Source: an uncultured Chthonomonadaceae bacterium (GTDB lineage: Bacteria > Armatimonadota > Chthonomonadetes > Chthonomonadales > Chthonomonadaceae). Taken from it: a stretch of 64,000 nt of DNA. Shown piece after piece: positions 10,352 through 19,752 of this stretch (the stretch's first letter is position 1; each line of letters begins with the position of its first letter). The notes below the pieces were generated by a model, which was not told the DNA's origin, searched no databases, and worked only from the letters and a program-made list of their open reading frames with translations. The stretch covers positions 352,001-416,000 of the forward strand of contig CAWFQB010000004.1 of the NCBI GenBank assembly GCA_963817895.1, read 5' to 3'. The translations under genes and the position numbers were made by a program.

Positions 10352-11300
10352 ACCCAAGTTGCTACCTAACTTTTTAGCCAGTGATGGCAAAGGCCAGCAC
10401 GGTGAGGAACACCTTCAACTCAAAGCCGCGTGGTGTCACGGCATGAATGCACTTGGCAAACCGCAAGTTGATCTGACTAAAGGTGGTTTCCACTCGTTTG
10501 CGCGTGTATTGGCTGAGGTACGTGACCCAACCCGGCACTTGACGGGTGCTGTTCTTTTTGCGCGCCGCAATCAACTCGATCTTGGCGTGTTGGCCTAAGA
10601 AGTCCTCGACCGTATAATCGGTGTAAGCGGCATCGGCATGTACTTCGGCATCTGGGGGCAAGTCCAGCGGCAAGCTCCGAAACGCATTGATGTCGGCGAC
10701 GCTGCCGGGTTCTATCAGGATTTCGACGGGCTGACCATTGGCCGCAATCAGCAAATGCACCTTCACGCCGTAGAAATAGCGCTTTTTGCTGGCGATAACG
10801 CCGCGAAACGCCGCGTCCGGGTACAATTTGCACCGCCAGATGCGAATGTTGTCACACACCGGTACCGGGCAACTGTCCACGACATACTCGCCCGACGGGT
10901 TGGTGTGGATCGCACACAGCGCCAGAACGTGCCAGAGCGCTTGCCAGAGCGTGTCGGGCAAAGCGTGCAGGCGACGATTGAGCCGGCTTTTGGAGAGCAT
11001 TGTGGGAATGTAGCCGTGTTCTTTGAGGAAAATGCGGCTTAGTTCCTGATTGCCGACGAAGAACGTGGCGGCCACCAGCACGGTGGTCATCACTTCGGCA
11101 TCGGTCATGCGGGCTTGCGGGTCTTCTTTATGCCCATAAGCTAAAAGAAAGTCGGCACAAACACAGTAAATTGTGATAATCTTTTCTTGCATAACGGAAC
11201 TCCTGTCTAGTGTGGGTTGGCACTTTCACTATACCAGAGACCGTTATGCGCTTCACAAAATGCTCGGCTGCTTGCTACACGCTTAGGTAGCAACTTGGGT
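10352..11300 (-). mobile_element. IS982-family insertion sequence
   Basis: Perfect terminal IRs ACCCAAGTTGCTACCTAA / TTAGGTAGCAACTTGGGT, flanked by a TATTA direct repeat (10347-10351 and 11301-11305). Confidence 0.93.
10374..11192 (-). CDS. IS982-family DDE transposase
   Basis: VVDSCPVPVC, YFYGVKVHL, ADAAY and RKRVETTFS motifs. Confidence 0.93.
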   Translation of the reverse strand: MQEKIITIYCVCADFLLAYGHKEDPQARMTDAEVMTTVLVAATFFVGNQELSRIFLKEHGYIPTMLSKSRLNRRLHALPDTLWQALWHVLALCAIHTNPSGEYVVDSCPVPVCDNIRIWRCKLYPDAAFRGVIASKKRYFYGVKVHLLIAANGQPVEILIEPGSVADINAFRSLPLDLPPDAEVHADAAYTDYTVEDFLGQHAKIELIAARKKNSTRQVPGWVTYLSQYTRKRVETTFSQINLRFAKCIHAVTPRGFELKVFLTVLAFAITG

Positions 11301-11355
11301 TATTACCAATCTCCGGCAGGACGCGCGTGGGGAGAAGAATGAGTACAAGACGGAC

Positions 11356-12696
11356 ATGGACACGATTCGTTTCGCCGTAGAGTACAGTTCGCAGTATAAT
11401 CTACATTCCGTTGCGATTTACATAAATGGTCGTAGCCTTCTTGATTATGTTCGTGAAGTGGAACTGCCGTTTGCCACACAGGAAGGGCATCCTGAAATGG
11501 CTGGGGGATACGTTGGCTTGCCGCCCGAAGATGTATTGTTCCCTTCCGAACACTTTCTCGGCCAGCCACTTCAACGGCAGGAGGTCACGGAAGCAGGCAA
11601 AATCGCTGTGATGCAATGCTGCTGCGGTGTACCGGGCTGCTGGTCGCTCGTGGCGAGGGTAGATGTTGGCGCTGAAGTTGTAACATGGAGCGACTTTGAG
11701 CAGCCACAGCGGATGCCGAATTGGGGGCCATGCCATTGGAAGTATGAGGGTTGCGGGACATTTTACTTTGGGCGCAAACAGTACGAACAGGCATTGCTAA
11801 ATTTGTGGAAAGAAGAGTTGAACAGGGTGTCGCCTATTCTTGATCTGGAAGGATTGCCTTATCTGCCGCAATTGGAAGCGCTGATGGCTGCCGCGCCGCT
11901 GATATGGGAGCGCCCGGAAGTTGTCGCGCTCTGGATTGGCGGGAGTATTGCGCGGGGCAACGCGGATTGTTACAGCGATGTGGATCTGCGCGTCGCCGTT
12001 GCGCCGGATGCGCTGGATGCGTGGCGGCAGGTTGACTTGAATACGCTGTTTGCCGGTAACTGCGTGGCGCGTGTCCTGCTGACATTTGGCGAACACACCC
12101 TTTTGCATCATCTGGTACTGGCGTCTGGCGACATTTACGACGTGTGGGTTCAAAGCGCAGACGAAGCCGTACACGATGAATTTATTTTAACGCTGGCCTG
12201 CCGTAATGAGAAATTCGCGGCCAAACTGCGCGCGCCGGAGTGTGCGCCTCTAACCGCGCCGCAACCCGCCGATGGAGAAACTGTTCGGCGATTGCTGGAG
12301 AGTTTCTGGATCAACACGCACAAGCACCGTAAAGTGCTGCATCGCGGCCTGCATCTGCTTGCCCTGACCGGCGTCCACAACGAGCGGCAACTTCTAATGC
12401 GGCTGTGGCACATTCAAGCAACCAACTGCGACTGCGGCGAAATGCAAACCCAAACCATTCACGGCCTGACGCATCTCATGCAAACCGTAGAGCAGATCAG
12501 GGGCAGTGAAGCGCTGGAAGTTATTGGCGCATCTGTTGCAAGCCGAAATGACATTTATCGCGCAATCGAACAGTTGCGAGATCAGGTGACACAGACAGGG
12601 CGTATGTTGTCGCAAACGCTGAATTTCCCTTACCCCGATGCCATCGAACAAGTTGCGCGGCAAGGCTGGCAGGAATATATGCGGCAGCAATCCTGA
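11356..12696 (+). CDS. Fusion of a Cys-rich unknown domain with a nucleotidyltransferase (Pol-beta superfamily) domain
   Basis: N-terminal CCCGVPGCW motif, then GGSIARGNADCYSDVDL (GS..DxD), then a helical C-terminus like antibiotic nucleotidyltransferases. Confidence 0.65.
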   Translation: MDTIRFAVEYSSQYNLHSVAIYINGRSLLDYVREVELPFATQEGHPEMAGGYVGLPPEDVLFPSEHFLGQPLQRQEVTEAGKIAVMQCCCGVPGCWSLVARVDVGAEVVTWSDFEQPQRMPNWGPCHWKYEGCGTFYFGRKQYEQALLNLWKEELNRVSPILDLEGLPYLPQLEALMAAAPLIWERPEVVALWIGGSIARGNADCYSDVDLRVAVAPDALDAWRQVDLNTLFAGNCVARVLLTFGEHTLLHHLVLASGDIYDVWVQSADEAVHDEFILTLACRNEKFAAKLRAPECAPLTAPQPADGETVRRLLESFWINTHKHRKVLHRGLHLLALTGVHNERQLLMRLWHIQATNCDCGEMQTQTIHGLTHLMQTVEQIRGSEALEVIGASVASRNDIYRAIEQLRDQVTQTGRMLSQTLNFPYPDAIEQVARQGWQEYMRQQS

Positions 12697-12766
12697 AAAT
12701 AGCCCTCAACCCGGGCGTCCACCTGGGGACATGCCCCTTCTCCCAAAAAGCCTGGGAGAAGGGGAG
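12694..12766 (+). repeat. CCCCTTCTCCCA hairpin REP-like element, copy 1
   Basis: TGAAAATAGCCCTCAACCC tail plus a CCCCTTCTCCCA..TGGGAGAAGGGG stem. An inverted copy lies at 19808-19864. Confidence 0.8.
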
Positions 12767-12867
12767 TCATTTGTTTTCATGCGGGACAAACAGAAGCGGC
12801 AGACTGAGAATGTCAGACTACCGCCTTTATTTCATGGCGCTGAATTATTCAACGCCTGCAAACAGCG

Positions 12868-13197
12868 TTACATTTTGTGCATACGCTTGTAAGAGGCAAG
12901 TTCGCGCTGATCAAACTTCAATTTCTGCGCGTGGCGGTATTTAGCCTGCTGCGCTTTGTGAATGTCCTTTGAGGTCTGTTTCGCATAAGCGAACTGGCTG
13001 TGCGCCTTCTGGTCGTCGCGCTTGGTCATCATATCGTGGATATGCTGCTGGTCCTGCTGAACGGCATCAAGATCGCGGCGAACGTTAGCGTTCAACTTGT
13101 CATACGTCGCATCGGCGCGCGCGCCGGAAATACTGCCCACTCCAAACAAGACCACGCTCAAACCCAACAGGGCGGTGGCTTTCATTAATCTTGACAT
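12868..13197 (-). CDS. Small secreted helical hypothetical protein
   Basis: Signal peptide ending ARA, AAGGAG RBS, and a downstream hairpin near 12793-12827. Confidence 0.7.
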   Translation of the reverse strand: MSRLMKATALLGLSVVLFGVGSISGARADATYDKLNANVRRDLDAVQQDQQHIHDMMTKRDDQKAHSQFAYAKQTSKDIHKAQQAKYRHAQKLKFDQRELASYKRMHKM

Positions 13198-13454
13198 GTC
13201 GGTCTCTCCTTAAACGGTGCTGTACTTCTGTTTGCGGCTCATACAAGCCAAAACGCAGAAGTGAATACGAGCAGGCTTGCCGCGCTCAAAGCGCCCAATG
13301 CCTGTACGCTGCATAAACGACGGAACACAGGGGCAGAATGTTCGCTTTTATCTGCAAGATACATTTTCTGCGTGGAAGACACCCTTCTGATAAGGTGGTA
13401 GAATACAATCAGCAGAATTGTTTACGCGCAGGAATCAGGCATACAGGAACAAGC

Positions 13455-16088
13455 ATGAGTGTACAGGAACATAACAGCGGAAGAAACGGCAGGGGCAGCA
13501 GGCGACAGCATTGCGCCGCGCGACACATACAAATTGTATTAACGCTCGGCCTCGCCATGCTATCCCTTGCCGCCGCGTGTCAGCAGGCGCGTCAGGGAAC
13601 AGTAGGGAGCCAGGGAGATAGGGAGACAGGGACACACGGAGACAAGGAGCCTCAATCAAAAATCGAAAATCGAAAATCGGCAATCCCTTCATCCCTCATC
13701 CCTCATCCCTCATCCCTGAGTGATATTCGTCCGCTTCTGGAAGCGAAATGTCTGGGCTGCCATGGGGTGGGGAACCGATTGGCGGGACTGGATTTGCGAA
13801 CCCGCGAGTCCGCGCTGAAAGGTGGGACGCGGGGCGCGGCGTTTGTGCCGGGTAAATCCGATAAAAGCCTGCTGATACAACTGGTCAATGGCAATCGCGC
13901 GCCCCTGATGCCGCCAACCGGCAAACTGCCTGCCGGAGAAATCGCCCTGCTCAAACATTGGATTGACAGCGGCGCGACATGGCCTTCGGGCGCGATCACC
14001 AAAGCGCAGCCGCAAGTGTGGTGGTCGTTTCGCGCGCCTAAAACGCCGCCCATTCCCAATATCCATTCCGCGTGGATACGCAACCCCATTGACGCTTTTG
14101 TACTTGCCAAACTTCAGGAAAACGGCTTGAAGCCGTCCCCGCCCGCGCCCCGTCGCGTTCTCATTCGCCGCGCCTATTTCGACCTGATTGGCCTGCCGCC
14201 CACGCCCGCCGAAACGGAAGCGTTTCTTAACGATAAATCTCCGACTGCTTGGGAAAAGGTTGTGGATGGCCTGCTGGCTTCACCGCGCTATGGCGAACGG
14301 TGGGGACGGCACTGGCTGGATTTGGCGCGTTATGCCGACAGCGGCGGGTTTGAGGGCGACAAAGACCGGACGCTCGCGTGGCGGTATCGCGACTACGTGA
14401 TAGACGCCTTCAATCAGGACAAGCCGTACAACGAATTTGTGCGCGAACAGATTGCGGGCGACGAACTCAAGCCCAATGACCCCAACGCCCTCATCGCCAC
14501 CGGCTATCTCGCCTGCGGGCCGCAGGACATTGTGGAAAACAACGCCCGAACCCGCGCCAACGAACTCGATGACCTTGTGGCGACAACGGGTTCAGTCATG
14601 CTCGGCCTGACTGTGGGTTGCGCCCGCTGCCACGACCACAAATACGATCCGGTCAAGCAGACGGATTATTACCGGCTGTCCGCCATTTTCGCCCCGACCG
14701 AACGGCGCGAAGTGGAGTGCGCGAGTGTGGAAGAGCGCCGCGTGGTTACGGAACATAACGCGCCCCTGGAAAAACAACTGGCTGCGTTGCGTCCACAGGC
14801 GGACGCTTTGCGCAAGCAGGGCGAAGAAGCGGCGAAAAAGGCGGGACAGGCAAAGCCCGATGACGCGCAAATACTCGCCGCGCTGCCGCAAACACAGCGC
14901 GGGCAACTTCAAGCCTTGCAACAGCAAATCAAGGGACTGGAAGCGCAGCGCATGGACGTTCCCCACGCGCAAGTCGTTATGGACAAAGGCCGCGACTTTC
15001 CCGCCGCGCATTTATTATTGCGCGGCGACGCTTATCATCCCGGCGATGAGGTGAAACCCGGCTTCGTGTGTTCCCTTCCGGATGGCGCGACCGACATCGC
15101 TCCCGCCCCCGCGAACGCGACCACAACCGGCAGGCGTACCGCGCTTGCCGACTGGCTGACAAGCGCGCAAAATCCGCTCACCGCCCGCGTGTGGGTCAAC
15201 CGCGTCTGGCGGCAGCACTTCGGCAGAGGCTTGGTCAACACCCCAAGCAACTTCGGACTGAATGGCGAACTCCCTTCCCACCCGGAACTGCTGGACTGGC
15301 TGGCAAGCCGCTTTGCTGCAAAGGATGAAGGCGGAAGGATGAAGGATGAAGGGAAGATACGAGATACAAGATACGAGATACGAGAAGGAGAGAATTCATC
15401 CTCCATCCTTCATCCTTCATCCTTTGCATGGCATCTCAAACCTCTGCACCGCCTGATGCTGCTTTCGTCCACGTATCAGCAGGCGTCGGATATGCGCGAG
15501 GAGGGGATGAAAGCCGACGCGCAGGATAAATACTACTGGCGGATGCCTGTGCGCCGGTTGGAAGCCGAACCTATCCGCGACAGTATTCTGAAGCTGGCCG
15601 GAAGTTTGAATTTGCAGATGGGCGGCCCGCCCGTGTATCCGCCCATTGACCCGTCCCTGCGCGCCGACACGTTTCAAGGCCCCAACTGGCATGATGGCGA
15701 GGATGGGCCTTCCACATGGCGGCGCAGCGTGTACGTCAAGGTGAAACGCTCGACTCTCCTGCCCGAACTGGAAGTGTTCGACTGCCCGGAAATCACGTAC
15801 ACCGTCGCGCAGCGCAATGTCACGACCACGCCCCTGCAAGCCCTGACCCTGCTCAACGATCCGCTGATTCTGCGGCAGGCGGGATTGTTCGCGCAGCGGC
15901 TCCAAAAAGAGTATCCCGACAATCCGCGTCAACAGGTAGAACGCGCCTACCAATTAGCCTTTAGCCGACTGCCCTCCGCGCAGGAATTAAGTCTAAGTCT
16001 AGCGTTTATGCAAAAGCGCGACGCGTCCGCCCTGCCCGACTTCTGCCACGCCCTGTTCAACCTGAACGAGTTCGTCTACGTGCCATAA
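13455..16088 (+). CDS. Planctomycete-type cytochrome c / DUF1549 (PSCyt2) / DUF1553 (PSD1) protein
   Basis: CLGCH and CARCH heme motifs, NPIDAF, LIRRAYFDLIGLPP, YGERWGRHWLD, NPLTARVWVNRVW, PSHPELLDWLA, TPLQAL and LFNLNEF. Possible lipobox LAAAC. Confidence 0.92.
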   Translation: MSVQEHNSGRNGRGSRRQHCAARHIQIVLTLGLAMLSLAAACQQARQGTVGSQGDRETGTHGDKEPQSKIENRKSAIPSSLIPHPSSLSDIRPLLEAKCLGCHGVGNRLAGLDLRTRESALKGGTRGAAFVPGKSDKSLLIQLVNGNRAPLMPPTGKLPAGEIALLKHWIDSGATWPSGAITKAQPQVWWSFRAPKTPPIPNIHSAWIRNPIDAFVLAKLQENGLKPSPPAPRRVLIRRAYFDLIGLPPTPAETEAFLNDKSPTAWEKVVDGLLASPRYGERWGRHWLDLARYADSGGFEGDKDRTLAWRYRDYVIDAFNQDKPYNEFVREQIAGDELKPNDPNALIATGYLACGPQDIVENNARTRANELDDLVATTGSVMLGLTVGCARCHDHKYDPVKQTDYYRLSAIFAPTERREVECASVEERRVVTEHNAPLEKQLAALRPQADALRKQGEEAAKKAGQAKPDDAQILAALPQTQRGQLQALQQQIKGLEAQRMDVPHAQVVMDKGRDFPAAHLLLRGDAYHPGDEVKPGFVCSLPDGATDIAPAPANATTTGRRTALADWLTSAQNPLTARVWVNRVWRQHFGRGLVNTPSNFGLNGELPSHPELLDWLASRFAAKDEGGRMKDEGKIRDTRYEIREGENSSSILHPSSFAWHLKPLHRLMLLSSTYQQASDMREEGMKADAQDKYYWRMPVRRLEAEPIRDSILKLAGSLNLQMGGPPVYPPIDPSLRADTFQGPNWHDGEDGPSTWRRSVYVKVKRSTLLPELEVFDCPEITYTVAQRNVTTTPLQALTLLNDPLILRQAGLFAQRLQKEYPDNPRQQVERAYQLAFSRLPSAQELSLSLAFMQKRDASALPDFCHALFNLNEFVYVP
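15318..15427. repeat. Heptamer-based palindromic element inserted in frame in the DUF1553 gene
   Basis: GCAAAGGATGAAGG..GGATGAA arm and TTCATCC..CCTTCATCCTTTGC arm, with nested GAGATAC repeats between them. Confidence 0.85.
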
Positions 16089-16120
16089 TATACAATGATG
16101 AAGCAAAGGTTGAATGGCTG

Positions 16121-16521
16121 ATGATTTCCACTGCTGATCTAAAATTAATCGCTCGCGCTCGGTTGAAGGATGCAGATGTTCTTTTTCGCAACAAGCGTTA
16201 CGATTGTGCCGTCTATGTATGTGGATATGCCGTTGAAGTAGCTTTGAAAGCGCGGGTTTGTCAGACATTGAGCTGGGCAGGCTTCCCGGAAACTAACAGC
16301 GAATTTGCACAATACAAAAGTTTGCAGACACATAATCTTGATACTCTATTGCATTTGTCTGGCATTGAAGCCGCTATTAAAACAGGCTTCTATCGCAATG
16401 GTCTGATGTCTTAACTTGGAATTCGGAAATGCGTTATCAGCGTATTGGAACAACAACGGATGTAAGGGCTTTGATCATAATTCGCGCAGCGCGTGTTCTG
16501 GTCAAGAGGATAATTCCATGA
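16121..16521 (+). CDS. HEPN domain protein (one base missing near 16390)
   Basis: RLKDADVLF..RYDCAVYVCGYAVEVALKA..THNLDTLL. The adjacent frame continues LSQWSDVLTWNSEMRY, and the stop overlaps the next ATG (ATGA). Confidence 0.8.
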
Positions 16522-16985
16522 ATACATCAGTACTCCAACTTCTGGATAAACTAACCCGATTAGAACAAGAATTTGCCAGTAACTACGGCGCATTCTCCTT
16601 ATTTGCTCTAATGTTGCGTGAAGAAGCGAATGATCGGTGGGATTTAGTTGTTTCCGCAACATGGCTTGAACAGATTAATACCAATCCTGTCACGACCATT
16701 TTCTCAAAAAGTTTGGGGATATATCGTCCTAACCATGACAGCTTTTTTTTCAGGTTAGGGCAGGTTCTCACCTCTGATGAACTCATCATGCTATCACGGG
16801 TAGTTACGCTGGCTCCAGATACAAGTTTTGTTCAAACTATGAACAAACTTTATAGCCTTGAACATGCTATAAGCGAATTTACGAACCTTGAAGTTGACGG
16901 CGTAGATTTCAAGCGTGGTTATGTGATTACGTCACAATCAACTGCTGCGACAATGCCTCAACAATATGCTAAGGTTGTTTTGTAA
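16518..16985 (+). CDS. Hypothetical protein, putative HEPN partner/antitoxin
   Basis: Translationally coupled to the HEPN gene with the same low GC. Motif LFALMLREEANDRWDLVVSATWL. Confidence 0.6.
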   Translation: MNTSVLQLLDKLTRLEQEFASNYGAFSLFALMLREEANDRWDLVVSATWLEQINTNPVTTIFSKSLGIYRPNHDSFFFRLGQVLTSDELIMLSRVVTLAPDTSFVQTMNKLYSLEHAISEFTNLEVDGVDFKRGYVITSQSTAATMPQQYAKVVL

Positions 16986-16997
16986 GAGGATGTAACC

Positions 16998-18482
16998 ATG
17001 GCGGAACATGACGATCATAGTGGGCCGGACACCATTGCGCGGCGGGACTTTCTGGCGCGCGCGGGCGGCGGCATCGGCGGACTGGCGCTGGCGTTTCTGC
17101 TCGGCGAAGAGGGCGCTTCAGGAGAAGGGGTCAGGAGTCAGGCGGCAGGGGACAGGGGAAAACCACTGCTCGACACCCAAAACCCTTTGTTTCCGAAAAA
17201 GCCGCATTTCGCGCCCAAAGTGAAGCGGGTGATTTCCTTATTTATGTTCGGAGGAATCAGCCATATTGATACGTTCGACCCGAAAAGCGAACTTATCAAG
17301 CAGGATGGCGCTTCGGTTGCGGGGCGTCCCGGCTTTGATACGGGCGGGCGGAGCGCGCCCGGGAAACTGATGAAAAGCCCCTGGCAGTTCAAGCCCTATG
17401 GACAGTGCGGAATGCCCGTGTCCGACCTGTTGCCCCACATCGGAAGCTGCGCCGACGATATTGCCCTGATTCGTTCCATGAAGTCCGACAGCAATAACCA
17501 CGTTCCGGCTGTGTACCACATGCTGACCGGCAGTATTTTGAGTGGCAGGCCGGGATTGGGCAACTGGATTACCTATGGATTGGGAACCGAAAACCAGAAC
17601 CTGCCCGCGTTTGTCGTAATGACCGATCCGCGCGCTCTTGTCGGCGGCGGCGCGGGCAACTGGAGCGCGGGCTTTCTTCCCTCCAACTATCAGGGCGTAC
17701 AGTTCCGCAGTCAGGGTTTGCCAGTTCTCAACCTGAAGCCGCCCGCAGGCGTGACGCCCGAAAAGCAGCGCGAACATCTGGATTTCATCGGGAAACTCAA
17801 TGAGGAGTTTCTGCGCGGACGTCCGGGCGAGCAGGAATTGGCGGCGCGAATACGGGCGTATGAACTGGCGTATCGAATGCAGTCGGAAGCGACTGAAGCC
17901 GTAGATTTGAGCCGCGAGTCCGAAGCCACGAAAACCCTGTACGGTCTGGACAAACCCCAAACCGAAATCGTCGGGCGGCAATGCCTGCTGGCGCGTCGGC
18001 TGGTGGAGCGCGGCGTTCGGTTCGTGCAGATCTATTCGGGCGGCGGCGTGTTCGACCAGAGTTGGGACGCGCATAACGCGATGGTTCCCAACCACACGAT
18101 GCGGGCGGGCGAAATTGACCTGCCGATAGCCGGATTGATTCGCGACCTGAAACAGCGCGGTCTATTTGAAGATACCCTGCTCGTGTTCCATACCGAGTTT
18201 GGCCGGATGCCGTTTACCGAGGGCAGCGTGGGCCGTGACCACAACCCCAAAGCGTTTTCCGTGTGGCTGGCGGGCGGCGGCATTAAAGGCGGGACCATCT
18301 ATGGCGCGTCCGATGAAATCGGCTATGTCGCGTCGGAAAACGTCCAGACGGTGTACGACCTGAACGCCACCATTCTGCACCTGCTCGGTCTGGAACACAC
18401 CCATCTGACCTATCAATACGGTGGCCGCAACATGCGCCTGACCGACGTAAGCGGCGAAGTCATTCATCCTATATTGGCGTAA
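16998..18482 (+). CDS. DUF1501 family protein (Tat signal)
   Basis: RRDFL signal, VISLFMFGGISHIDTFDPK, YGLGTENQNLPAFV, LLARRLVERGVRFVQ, EFGR, GRDHNP and RLTDV. Confidence 0.93.
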   Translation: MAEHDDHSGPDTIARRDFLARAGGGIGGLALAFLLGEEGASGEGVRSQAAGDRGKPLLDTQNPLFPKKPHFAPKVKRVISLFMFGGISHIDTFDPKSELIKQDGASVAGRPGFDTGGRSAPGKLMKSPWQFKPYGQCGMPVSDLLPHIGSCADDIALIRSMKSDSNNHVPAVYHMLTGSILSGRPGLGNWITYGLGTENQNLPAFVVMTDPRALVGGGAGNWSAGFLPSNYQGVQFRSQGLPVLNLKPPAGVTPEKQREHLDFIGKLNEEFLRGRPGEQELAARIRAYELAYRMQSEATEAVDLSRESEATKTLYGLDKPQTEIVGRQCLLARRLVERGVRFVQIYSGGGVFDQSWDAHNAMVPNHTMRAGEIDLPIAGLIRDLKQRGLFEDTLLVFHTEFGRMPFTEGSVGRDHNPKAFSVWLAGGGIKGGTIYGASDEIGYVASENVQTVYDLNATILHLLGLEHTHLTYQYGGRNMRLTDVSGEVIHPILA

Positions 18483-18495
18483 AGGAGTTTAGCGC

Positions 18496-19752
18496 GTGAA
18501 GAAGCATCTTTCAACAACGGCAGCGGGCGTACTTGCGCTAGGTTTGGGAATGGGAGTGTTGGCGGTGGGAGCGCAGAATGTGGATAAGCCGGGGAATGTG
18601 GTTCCTGTCGCACAGGCGGGGCGGGTGAAGTGGCGCAAGGTGGTCATCAACCCCAACTCGGATTTTGAGGCGGCAAGCGCGGCGGACATCAACGGCGATG
18701 GCAAACTCGACATCGTGAGCGGCGATACATGGTACGAAGCCCCGAACTGGACGCCGCACAAGTTTCGCGAGATCGGCGTATGGGGACGCGACGCCAACAA
18801 CAGCGGTTATCGCGCCGACTTCGCCGATTTGCCCGTAGACTGCAACGGCGACGGGAATATAGACATTGTTTCGTCCGATTACGCGACGGGAGAGATTTTC
18901 TGGCACGAGAACCCCGGCAAGGCGAAATTGAATGGCGCGATGTGGGAAAAGCATCTGATTGCCAAACCCGGCAGCGCGGAAACAACGGTCTTCGCGCCCC
19001 TGCTCGGCAAGAAAGACATTTGCGTTTTGCCCAATTGCGGCGGGCAGGTCGTGTGGTACGAACTACGTAAAGGCGCGTCGAAGAGCGACAAGCCGCAGTG
19101 GGTGGAACATGTTGTCGGCAAGGAGGGCGCGGGACACGGTATTGGCTTTGGCGATGTGAACGGCGACGGCAAATGCGATTTAATCACGCCGCATGGCTGG
19201 TACGAGAATGTGGACGCCCGCAACGACAAATGGACATGGCACAAGGATTGGGAGTGCAATCCGGGCGATTTAGGCATTGGAACGCCAACTCTGGATGTGG
19301 ACGGGAGCGGGCATAACTCCATCGTGTTCGGCAGCGGACACCATTACGGCCTGTACTGGCTGCGCCCGACAATGGAAAACGGTGCGGCAAAGTGGACACA
19401 GGAGCCGATAGATACAAGTTGGTCACAGGCGCATACCCTGATTCTGGCCGATCTGGAAGGCAACAAGCAGCCGGTGATTCTGACGGGCAAGCGGTACAAA
19501 GCGCACGACCACGATCCGGGCGCGGGCGACCCGCTTTGCATATACTATTATAAATATGACCGCAAGGGCAAGGCATGGCAGAAAGTCGTGGTTGACGAAG
19601 GGACGCAGGCGGGAACCGGGCTGCAATTAACCGCCGTTGATTTGCGGCATACGGGACGGCTGGACATTATCGCGCCCGGTAAAAGCGGCCTGTATTTGTT
19701 TTGCAATGATGGATATGTGAAGGGCGACACCAAAGGCGCAGCCGCAAAATGA
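18496..19752 (+). CDS. Secreted FG-GAP/VCBS repeat protein
   Basis: Signal peptide and repeated DINGDGKLDIV, DCNGDGNIDIV and DVNGDGKCDLI motifs. Confidence 0.88.
   Translation: MKKHLSTTAAGVLALGLGMGVLAVGAQNVDKPGNVVPVAQAGRVKWRKVVINPNSDFEAASAADINGDGKLDIVSGDTWYEAPNWTPHKFREIGVWGRDANNSGYRADFADLPVDCNGDGNIDIVSSDYATGEIFWHENPGKAKLNGAMWEKHLIAKPGSAETTVFAPLLGKKDICVLPNCGGQVVWYELRKGASKSDKPQWVEHVVGKEGAGHGIGFGDVNGDGKCDLITPHGWYENVDARNDKWTWHKDWECNPGDLGIGTPTLDVDGSGHNSIVFGSGHHYGLYWLRPTMENGAAKWTQEPIDTSWSQAHTLILADLEGNKQPVILTGKRYKAHDHDPGAGDPLCIYYYKYDRKGKAWQKVVVDEGTQAGTGLQLTAVDLRHTGRLDIIAPGKSGLYLFCNDGYVKGDTKGAAAK

Larger units (their letters stand above)
10154..11342 (+). pseudogene. Small hypothetical gene interrupted by the IS982 element
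   Basis: MPTSLYKYRK... Removing the IS and one TATTA copy gives ...MQTDPGAYYQSPAGRAWGEE*. One further indel near 10297 is also needed. Confidence 0.45.
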
